Of a DNA stretch of 64,000 bases, positions 1 through 9,010 are shown one piece after another. A program made the translations under genes and the position numbers. The stretch comes from Blepharisma stoltei ATCC 30299 (Eukaryota; Protista; Ciliophora). The notes beneath the pieces were generated by a model. It saw only the letters and a program-made list of their open reading frames with translations. It was not told the origin of the DNA and ran no database searches. Within the stretch, counting starts at the first letter, position 1; the number at the start of each line of letters is the position of its first letter. The DNA is taken from NCBI GenBank assembly GCA_965603825.1, contig CBFDEM010000032.1:310001-374000 (forward strand), written 5' to 3'.

Positions 1-1046
1 TTCTCTTCAATGATGATTCTCAGCTCTTTGTCAAATTTTCCTGCGGCTTTTCTTATTTTTTCGATTGTTTCTTCATCAAAATTGCTTCCTGCTAAGTTTA
101 AGACCTGAATAAAATTTACTTCTAAATATCTTTTGGATAAAATAAAGTTGACAAGAATTTCTCCTATCTGTGTATCATCCAAATCATTATATTCCAAATG
201 AAGTTCAAGCAAATTTTCAGACGGGTGCAATGAATCTAGCAAGCAACCTACACCTTTGTTTCCCAAGCAGCAGTCAGCAACATCAATGATACTCAGAAAC
301 CGCAAATTTTTTAACGCTCCATGCAACTTGGAAAAGGCAGCAGGGTCGCTGATGAAATTGTCTGCAATTCTTAAAATCTGCAGCTCATCGTTTTTTACCA
401 ATGCTTTACTTAGCGCAATAATCCCTTGCTTTTTTATATCGTTTTTGCTCACACATATTTCCCTTAAGCTCTGCATTTCCCCGAAGACCTCACTCAAGCT
501 GACAATTCCAGCGTCCTCAAGTTTTGTGTTTTCTGCAGAAAAAACGAAAAGTTTCAGCTCTGCAGAGTTCTTCAAAGACTCCGCCAACTTCACTCCTCCT
601 TCAGCACCTAGTCGGTTGTTATCGATCCTCAAAATTTTTAACGTTGGGGTATTTTCCAACAAAAAGCCGACAATATCTACAGCCTGTACAGTTAAAAAGT
701 TGTTGGAAAGGTCCAACTCTTCGAGTTCGCGAAACCCCAGAAGCGTTCTGCTCAAAGTGTCCAGTATTTTTGGGGTGTAAAAGTCATCCCATTCTCTGAA
801 AATTGAGCTCAAGTTTGCAATTGTGATGTTCGAGCACTCTTGGATGGCTTCTGCAAGCTCTTCCATAACGTCATCAGAATAAGTATTGTGTCCCAGAATA
901 ATTTCTGTGATGCTTTGGCTGTTCATTTTCACAGTTTGGCATAAATCATAAATATCTTCAGTAGTCTTATAATCTTTTCCAACAGGAGGGATCTCAAATA
1001 CTGTGATTTCTTCAAACTCCTCCTCTTTAGAAAAAAGTAAATTCAT
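1..1046 (-). CDS. Ran GTPase-activating protein-like leucine-rich-repeat protein (3' end runs off the window)
   Basis: ATG at 1046 opens MNLLFSKEEEFEEITVFEIPPVGKDYKT...; RNI-type LRRs LEELDLSNNFL, LKILRIDNNRLGAEGG, LRIADNFI, IIDVADCCLGNKG as in RanGAP1/Rna1. Absent from the ORF track because no stop falls inside the window. Confidence 0.75.
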   Translation of the reverse strand, partial: MNLLFSKEEEFEEITVFEIPPVGKDYKTTEDIYDLCQTVKMNSQSITEIILGHNTYSDDVMEELAEAIQECSNITIANLSSIFREWDDFYTPKILDTLSRTLLGFRELEELDLSNNFLTVQAVDIVGFLLENTPTLKILRIDNNRLGAEGGVKLAESLKNSAELKLFVFSAENTKLEDAGIVSLSEVFGEMQSLREICVSKNDIKKQGIIALSKALVKNDELQILRIADNFISDPAAFSKLHGALKNLRFLSIIDVADCCLGNKGVGCLLDSLHPSENLLELHLEYNDLDDTQIGEILVNFILSKRYLEVNFIQVLNLAGSNFDEETIEKIRKAAGKFDKELRIIIEE

Positions 1047-1253
1047 TTATAAACCCATCTAGCTAATATAGTAATAGAGAAAATTTAATAAAAATTAATA
1101 ATAACCAAAATTTCCAAAAATTATTTTTTTACCTTTGTTCGTTGTTGATGATTCTCTTTTGGAGCATACTGGCGTATTTTATATCAGTAGGCCATATTTA
1201 TGTGAAGCAAGTCCGATTTCTTTAATTTATTTTAAAAATTGATTATAAAAGAA

Positions 1254-2768
1254 ATGGGTAGTAATGTTTCGGCAAACACAAAAATCTTATTAGACTCAAT
1301 TGACGCAGGACAAGAAGTTGATACTCAAACGCTGCTCAGGTTCGGTGCTCAGATAAATGCCTTAAACTCTGAAGGCTACTCTCCTTTGCGATTAGCACTT
1401 GAACGTGGAAGAGTTAAGAGCTTTAAATCGCTTTTTAAGGCTAGCGCTCTGATTATTCCAGAACTTCCCCAAAAAATGACCCCACTCCACAGAGCAATTG
1501 AGCTCGACCACTATAAGCTTGCCTGAATGCTCCTTCGTGAGCATTCTTTATTCGGTAACTTCAAAAACCAACAAGATGCGTATGGAAACACGCCCCTTCA
1601 TATTGCAGTCCTTAAAGGAAACTCAGATATGGTAGCTTTGCTGCTGAAATACAACGCTAATCGAGATATCTTGAATTTAGCTGGGAAAACTCCTCATGAA
1701 CTAGCTCTTGAGAGTAGAAGCCACATGGCTGATGAAATAATAGAACAATTTACCCTGGAAGACTGCATTTCGAAAAGAAGCAGAACTCCACTTCAGGAAG
1801 AAAATGCTCCAAATAGAGAGCAAAGATCAACTCAAGGCTCAAAATCAACACTCAAGGTAGAAGAGAGCATTGATGAGCCCATTACATTATTAGAGCAAGC
1901 ACTGGCAGGAAGCAGGCTAACTATAATTAAAGGTGAAGAATTAGAGTTTCAAGACGTCCTGAATAGAGGCTCAAGCTGCATTGTATTCAAAGGAAAGTGG
2001 CGAGGCAGTGAAGTCGCTATAAAACAGTTCAAACTGGAGTACAGCACATCAGAAAAGGATTTGCATAAATATGTCAAAGAAATGCAAGTCCTGTCACAAA
2101 TTAGGCATCCAAATATTCTGCTTATCATGGGCATTTGTATAGACCAGCCAAACCTCTGCTTGATAACAGAATACGTCCCTAATTCGTCGTTATTCTATGC
2201 AATCCATAAAAATAAGTCAAGAACATTAACTCTGGCTGAAAGATTCAATATAGGCATACAGATATGTAAAGCACTTGCTTATTTACACTCCAATGATCCA
2301 CCAATTATTCACAGAGATCTAAAGCCAGAGAACTGCCTTCTCGACTATGCAATGAATGTAAAACTTGCAGATTTTGGACTGGCAAGGCCAGTTTCATCGT
2401 TTATTGCTGAAGAGTCTCAATCAATGACCACGATTTGCATTGGAACCACGCGATTTATGGCGCCAGAACTTTTTGATAAAGATAAAGTCGATTCAATTGG
2501 GGTTGAAGTAGATATATGAGCACTTGGCTGTTTGCTCATCGAACTTTTCAGCAGCAAAAGACCTTGACACTATATTTCAAGCTCCAAAGCGAATAACATT
2601 TTCTACGAAATTTTCAATAAAAAGCCTATTCCAATCCCCGATACAATAACTCCAGAAGTAAGTCTAATTATCCAAGAGTGTTGTAGGTATAATCCCCGCC
2701 GAAGACCTCGCATCTGCGATGTTCTTGACAGGCTGGAAAGGGCTAAAGGTACTTATATCCTTAGTTAA
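1254..2768 (+). CDS. Ankyrin-repeat tyrosine-kinase-like (TKL) protein kinase
   Basis: Joins ORFs 1239-1526 and 1527-2519 and continues to TAA 2766-2768, with TGA=Trp at 1524, 2517 (DI-W-ALG, subdomain IX) and 2565 (KRP-W). Ankyrin motifs GYSPL/TPLH/GNTPLH; kinase motifs VAIK, HRDLKPEN, DFG, MAPE. Confidence 0.92.
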
Positions 2769-2859
2769 TGTATTATTGAATTTAAATTAACATAAATGCA
2801 AATAAAATAAGTAACTCCACACATTTTCAATATCTTCCCATTTATCGGTGTTGAAAAAT

Positions 2860-4212
2860 ATGAGATTAGTCATAGCTTTCACTCTCTTAAGTGCTGCTTT
2901 GGCAGCTATTCAATCTGACCTCGTTAAAGAAATTCCTCATGCACCTTCAAATCTCAAGTTCACGATGTACTCAGGCTACCTTCCACTTAAAAATACTCAA
3001 GGAAGGCAAATCCACTATGTTTTCTTCACCAGCCAAAACAACCCACAGACTGATCCTCTAGTTTTATGGCTGAATGGTGGTCCTGGATGCTCATCGCTAG
3101 AAGGAGCTTTTATGGAAAACGGGCCACTGGTGTTTTCAGAGAGTGAGATGAAAATAATGGTAAACCCTTATACGTGGAACCTGAATGCCTCAATGCTTTA
3201 CTTTGAAGCTCCTGCTGGCGTAGGATATTCAATTATGGGTAATATTGCCAATAATAATACTAATGATAACCAGACAGCTGCTGACAACCTGCAGGCCTTG
3301 CTCCTCTGGTTCCAAGGATTTCCTGAGTATTTGCCTAATAAGTTTTATATCGCTGGAGAGAGCTATGCTGGCATCTACGTCCCTACCCTAACTTACAACG
3401 TTTTGACTTACAATGCTGGAAATCCTCCAACTAAAATCAACATTCAAGGATTTTTGGTTGGAAATGGCTGTACCGATTGGAATGTGGACGCTGAAAATGC
3501 TTTTGCGTACTTTGGCTGGTGGCATGGCCTCTTTGGTTATGATGTATGGAATACCTGGGTGAATAATAACTGCACAGCTTTCAGTACTTCCCCAGTTTGT
3601 GTAGCAACTCAGGATACTATGTATGACTTATTCACTGATATCAACTTTTATGATGTTTATAGACAGTGTGTTTATCCTAACTTTGGATATAACTCTCACC
3701 GTGCTAAATTTACATCTGCTACTAAATTAGGAGGAGTTGTAAACTGCGTGCCTGACATTGGGCTAACTAAGTATCTCAACTTGCCACAGGTGAGGACAGC
3801 TTTCCATATCAACTCCAGCTTAGGAGCTTGGACTGAATGCACTGATCTGAATTATCAAATTGATTATCAACTTGGTTCAATCTATCTCTATCCAATTCTT
3901 CTAGACCCTCAATATGGGCTGAGAGCTAGATTCTACAGTGGAGATACTGATGCTGCTGTCCCTACAATTGGAACCCGACAGTGGATCCAAAACTTGGTAA
4001 ACAAGGGAGTAATTTCTGTGACAAAACCATGGAGGGAATGGATATTAAACCATCAAGTCGGGGGAATGGTCATTGACTACGCACCGGCAGGATCAACCAA
4101 GCCAAATTTCACATTTATGACGATCAGGGGGACAGGACATATGTCTATTCAGTGGAAAAGGCCAGAAGGCTACCATATGTTCATCACCTATATCACTGGC
4201 CAGGATCCTTAA
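2860..4212 (+). CDS. Serine carboxypeptidase, S10 family (cathepsin A-like), secreted/lysosomal
   Basis: Signal peptide MRLVIAFTLLSAALA; motifs WLNGGPGCSS, GESYAG (catalytic Ser), SGDTD, GTGHM. Confidence 0.95.
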   Translation: MRLVIAFTLLSAALAAIQSDLVKEIPHAPSNLKFTMYSGYLPLKNTQGRQIHYVFFTSQNNPQTDPLVLWLNGGPGCSSLEGAFMENGPLVFSESEMKIMVNPYTWNLNASMLYFEAPAGVGYSIMGNIANNNTNDNQTAADNLQALLLWFQGFPEYLPNKFYIAGESYAGIYVPTLTYNVLTYNAGNPPTKINIQGFLVGNGCTDWNVDAENAFAYFGWWHGLFGYDVWNTWVNNNCTAFSTSPVCVATQDTMYDLFTDINFYDVYRQCVYPNFGYNSHRAKFTSATKLGGVVNCVPDIGLTKYLNLPQVRTAFHINSSLGAWTECTDLNYQIDYQLGSIYLYPILLDPQYGLRARFYSGDTDAAVPTIGTRQWIQNLVNKGVISVTKPWREWILNHQVGGMVIDYAPAGSTKPNFTFMTIRGTGHMSIQWKRPEGYHMFITYITGQDP

Positions 4213-4249
4213 ATTTAATGACTAAACGTTTAGTATCATCATAGGAAAA

Positions 4250-4825
4250 TTATGTGTATTTAAAAAAATTTGAAAAGCCTTCGTGCTCAAACGGCTTCTT
4301 GTGGTTCTTTTGCAGAGGGATAACGGGTCTCATTCCTCGGGGTGTTGAGTACTTGGCTTCTTCAGGCTGCTGGCAGAAGTTTCTGGGAGTGGAGTCTAAG
4401 ATCCTTCGGTCATAAGGAGAAGGTTGAGGCTGAACTGTCTCTTTTCTTTGCATTAGTTGGCTTCTTAGTTCGTCGTTTTGCTGTTTCAAGATCTGCATTT
4501 TGGTCATTATAAATTTTTGGAGCTGCTTTTGATGATGAGCTTTAAGCTCTAATGCATTATGCAGACTTCCAAAAGTGGTCTGCATAGTTGAAATGAACTT
4601 AGACACAACTGATTCCATTGTTCGCTTTAGCATATCGGTTTGGTCCATTCCAATCATTTTGATTTCATCTGGACACTCGTGCGATAGGTCAAGCCAGCCT
4701 CCAGTGCCTCCACAAGCACAGACTTCTTGACTTCTGCTTCTGCAAGGTTCACAATAGAGGCATCGACACTGCCTTAAGAATCTTGGTTTACAGGAAAAGC
4801 ATATAGTACAAATTAGCTCGTTCAT
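4250..4825 (-). CDS. RING plus coiled-coil protein, RNF212/Zip3/ZHP-3-like meiotic E3 ligase
   Basis: N-terminal CTIC...CRCLYCEPC...CAC RING variant, then LDLSHECPDEIKM, a coiled coil and an S/T-P-rich disordered tail, the RNF212/ZHP-3 architecture. Confidence 0.6.
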   Translation of the reverse strand: MNELICTICFSCKPRFLRQCRCLYCEPCRSRSQEVCACGGTGGWLDLSHECPDEIKMIGMDQTDMLKRTMESVVSKFISTMQTTFGSLHNALELKAHHQKQLQKFIMTKMQILKQQNDELRSQLMQRKETVQPQPSPYDRRILDSTPRNFCQQPEEAKYSTPRGMRPVIPLQKNHKKPFEHEGFSNFFKYT

Positions 4826-5210
4826 AATATATCTGAGTTTAAATTGCAAATGGCTATCTCAGAGAGAAATGGGTTTTTAAGATTTTCACATTTAAAGCAA
4901 AATTTTTAATAATAATGTAAGTTAAACTTGTTTTGTGATGCAGTTTCAAACATAAAAATAAAATTTAATTAATATGTTTTTATAAGCTATAATTAGATCC
5001 TAAATGCTTATTTTATCAGTCATCAAATCGATTGCAATTAATTCTTCAAAATTTAAGATTCTGACTAACTGCATGGCGTATTTTGTTTATATTAGCTTAA
5101 TGTTCTTCTTGCAAATTTTCCATACTCTGATTATATATTTAAAAATAATAGTTTGTTATTAATGACATTCAACAGCTTCAACTTTATATTGATGTTTACT
5201 CGCATTTAAA

Positions 5211-6947
5211 ATGGATGATTTCTCAAATTTGGCATTCAATTCTGCAGGACCACTAATTCTAATCCACAGTATTTCACTATACGCTTCAAAAGGAACTTTA
5301 TGACCTAGAGCACCGACAGGCAAAAAAATTTCTCTCTCTGTAGCATCAATGCTCCCAGCATTAAAATTCACTTCTGAGGTTCTTGAATCTCTCTGGATTG
5401 CTGGACTCCAAAGTCCTTCAAAGTCTGCTCTAGGAGGCTTCTTAATAGGATACAAGCACTCTCCAGCCCATTTTTTGAACGTTAACATCAAAGAAAGCCA
5501 CTGGCGTGTCCGTAAAACACCAAGAAATTCAGGAGATTATGCAATTCGAGTTTTTCCAAAAGAAAGCGAAAAAGGAGATATGGCAAGGCGAGAATCTGAA
5601 TTTATGCTTCAGTCTACCCTATTTAAGCTTGACTCTTATGCTGAATTGGAGTTTTTAGAGCCACTTGATTTATGTAAAACCTCAGTAAATTTTGACGTGA
5701 AAGGAAACCAAATAGTAGTTAACTGTCAGATGCTATTTCCTTCGCTTAATATTGACTTTACCCCGATATCACCTTTAAAAATAGTTTCAACTCCTCTGAG
5801 TGTTCAACTTACTCAGAAAAATGCCAACCAGAAATTTCAAACAGGGTATTTAACTCTTGACCAGAAAAAAAGAGCTTTGCCGCTATTATGCTCAGATCCG
5901 CTAGCCTTCAAGTATCCACTTGTAGGAGTTTGGGCTACAGGCTCACCTGGAATCCAAGAATGCCCATTGACTCATCCATTGATTTGGGCATCATGTGTGA
6001 GATTCATTGAAAGCAAGCTGATTCAAGAAAGAATTTCTCCTAGTCCAGACCAAAATACTTTTTTATTTGTGTATTTTTCGCCAAAACCTCACTTTTATGA
6101 AGCAAGTACTAAAAATAAAGCAGCTTGGTGCAGCCAAAATATAAGTTATGAGCTGCAAAAAGAAGGTAAAATTTTCCAGCCTCTCATCTGCAGATTTTTG
6201 GAAGCTAGAAGCAGCTCTCCAGTACTGAACTCGCCAAAATTGAGACTAAACTTGAAAAAGCAGCCGAGTTTTTTGACACGAGTCAATACTTTAAACAGTG
6301 ATAGGCTAGGACAAAAAGAGTCCACGCCAGGATCTGTAAGAAGCAGCTTAGAAACATGCAATGGAATTGCTCAATCCACAGAGCGGCTAATAAGAGAGCA
6401 GTCTGAAATGCTTAAACGGCTTGAAAAGCAAATCCAGGACTTACAGAACCATGTCATTTCTTCACAATTAGAAACTCCAAGGAAAAGTGCTAGGTATGGA
6501 AGCTCCGAGCATGCTTCCACAAAGATGGTTAGTTCAGCCACAAACACAACATTATCTACAGAATCCAAAATAAGCAGCCCACCTTCTGGATTCCTTGACT
6601 CAAAAAAATCAGCCTCAACCAATACAAGTTTCATCATTTCTCATTCCGAACGAAAACTTCTGCCTCCAAGAAAAACACGTGCCACCACTTTAAAAATGAT
6701 GAATGAACGTGAAAGCTCGGAGTTTATAAAATCGCCAGTCCGAGCTTCATCAACAAGATATAGCTACTCTTCTGAGCCTTCGACAGACATTTCTCACGTA
6801 CGAAGCTCCTTAAACACTAACAGCAGTTTTCAAAAATCTGAGAATTCTGACACGACCTTCCCAATCCCAAAAATTATATACGAGTCTTCTAGTGACGTGT
6901 CAGAAGATGAAGACGTAGCAGAACTGGAAAAGAAATACATGACATAG
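5211..6947 (+). CDS. STIL: STIL/Ana2/SAS-5-like centriole assembly protein
   Basis: ATG 5211, TGA=Trp at 5301 (L-W-PRAPTG). STIL_N motifs GYLTLDQKKRALPLLCSDP, YPLVGVW, HPLIWASCVRF, PHFYE; coiled coil RLIREQSEMLKRLEKQIQDLQ; STAN-like end FPIPKIIY...AELEKKYM. Confidence 0.75.
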
Positions 6948-7045
6948 ATGCTATTTTTACCCAAACTAATTTAATTGCTTTTAATTAATACTTTTTATTT
7001 AAGTGATCCAGGCGTAATCTTGATCCAATTAATAAGATAATTTCT

Positions 7046-8701
7046 ATGATTAACGTGAGGCGATTATTTAGAATCTTAAAAATCATGGAATCAGAAGAGT
7101 TCGGGAGTTCAGTCCGCCTATTTGCTTCTATGGTGAAGTCTGATCAAACCAACAAAATCTATAATCCTAAGCACCCTCCTCACGTAGAGAGACCAAAGGC
7201 AAAACTCACAGAGCAAGCTGAAGAAGTCGATGTGTCAGCAGGAAATTATGGAGCACTCCCTCTGATCCAATCTGTTGACTACACGCACAAGCGCTATTAC
7301 TCTCTTTCTGAGCTATCTCTTAGTGTAGCAGAACCAGTTTGGATCCGCGCTCGCGTCCACAATACCCGCTTCAAAGGAAAGCTTGGCTTTATCATCCTCC
7401 GTGACACTGTCCACACTTTTCAATGCACCTTATTCCTTAGTGACCAAGTTTCCAGAAACCTCTTGAAGTTCGCTTCTGATATTACTAAAGAATCTATCAT
7501 AGACGTCTACGGAACCTTAAAAGCTACTTCTCAGCCAGTGCAAAGCTGCTCAATCAACAACATGGAACTGGAAACAACCAAAGTGTTCGTTGTCTCAAAG
7601 TCCCAGGCTTCCCTTCCATTCCAATTGGACGATGCAGGCCAGCCAATGACTCTCGAGCAAGCTGAAAACGAAAGAGATGAAGATCAAGCAGAAGAAGGCG
7701 GAAGAGCCAGAGTGTCTCAAAAGCTAAGACTTAACAACAGGGTAATCGACTTAAGACTTCCTACAAATCAAGCCATTTATAGAGTCAGTTCAGGAGTCTG
7801 CCAATATTTCAGGGAGTTTCTAATTCAAAACGGCTTTGTGGAAATCCATACTCCAAAATTGATCCCAGGAACAAGCGAAGGAGGCACTGAGGTGTTCAAG
7901 GTAGACTATTTTGGAAGACAAGCCTGCTTGGCACAGAGCCCACAGCTTTATAAGCAGATGGCTGTCATGGGAGACTTGGAACGAGTTTTTGAAATTGGAC
8001 CAGTTTTCAGAGCAGAAAATTCAAACACTCATAGGCATCTATGTGAGTTTGTGGGGCTTGACTTGGAAATGGCAATTAAAGAGCATTACTTTGAGGTACT
8101 TGAAATGATCCATGGGATGTTCATCCATATTTTCAAGGGCATTGAAACTCATTTCGCTACAGAATTGCAGACCATTTACAAGCAATTTCCATTTATCCAG
8201 CCATTTCAATACACAGAGAAGCCAGTCTGGTTGACTTTCCACGAAGCTGTAGCTTTGCTAAATGAAGCTGGAAACCCTCAATCAGTCCATGCAGACTTCA
8301 ACACAGCCACTGAAAAGCAATTGGGAGCGATCGTGAAGGAGAGATACCACACTGATTTCTACGTGGTTCATAGGTATCCACAAGAAGCGAGACCATTTTA
8401 TACTATGCTTTGTGCTGATGACCCTGAGTTCACTAATTCATATGATATTTTCATGAGGGGAGAAGAAATCATTTCCGGAGCCCAAAGAATTCACGATCCT
8501 GCTATGCTTAGACAGAGAGCAATATTTAAGGGAATTGATGTAAGCACCATAAAAGATTACCTTGATTCCTTTAAGTTTGGAGCCCATCCTCATGGTGGCT
8601 GTGGAGTTGGCCTTGAGCGCGTTGTCATGCTCTTTGTGGGGCTTAAAAATATCAGATGGACAAGCATGTTCCCTAGAGATCCTAAGAGAATTTCTCCCTA
8701 A
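7046..8701 (+). CDS. DARS1: Aspartyl-tRNA synthetase, eukaryotic cytosolic type (second in-frame ATG at 7085)
   Basis: OB-fold anticodon domain (VWIRARVH), RLNNRVIDLR, LAQSPQLYKQM, FRAENSNTHRHLCEF, GEEIISGAQRIHD, GVGLERV, MFPRDPKR. Confidence 0.97.
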   Translation: MINVRRLFRILKIMESEEFGSSVRLFASMVKSDQTNKIYNPKHPPHVERPKAKLTEQAEEVDVSAGNYGALPLIQSVDYTHKRYYSLSELSLSVAEPVWIRARVHNTRFKGKLGFIILRDTVHTFQCTLFLSDQVSRNLLKFASDITKESIIDVYGTLKATSQPVQSCSINNMELETTKVFVVSKSQASLPFQLDDAGQPMTLEQAENERDEDQAEEGGRARVSQKLRLNNRVIDLRLPTNQAIYRVSSGVCQYFREFLIQNGFVEIHTPKLIPGTSEGGTEVFKVDYFGRQACLAQSPQLYKQMAVMGDLERVFEIGPVFRAENSNTHRHLCEFVGLDLEMAIKEHYFEVLEMIHGMFIHIFKGIETHFATELQTIYKQFPFIQPFQYTEKPVWLTFHEAVALLNEAGNPQSVHADFNTATEKQLGAIVKERYHTDFYVVHRYPQEARPFYTMLCADDPEFTNSYDIFMRGEEIISGAQRIHDPAMLRQRAIFKGIDVSTIKDYLDSFKFGAHPHGGCGVGLERVVMLFVGLKNIRWTSMFPRDPKRISP

Positions 8702-9010
8702 TTAACCATCTTATTCGGTAGATTATTTATATATTAATTTATTTATTATTGCAAAGCAAACAAGGAACTAATCCTGATTAATTAAAGTTAGTTCATGCCG
8801 TATTGACATAAATTTAATTCTATATTCAGAATCTCATTAGGTATTATTTTAAAATTCGTGTTTGCAATCAATTCTTTTATTGATTATTGGAGAATTTTTA
8901 AATGTCTGAGCTCAAGAGCAGATTGAATACTCTATGTTTTTGATAGGAAACAATGCATGATTTCAGCTTTATTTTAATTAAGCATATTTACTTAAATAAA
9001 TAGTTGTAAA

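Noticed and set aside
256-799. Plus-strand track ORFs 256-780 and 524-799
   Set aside because: Antisense shadows of the minus-strand RanGAP-like gene; non-ATG starts and no motifs.
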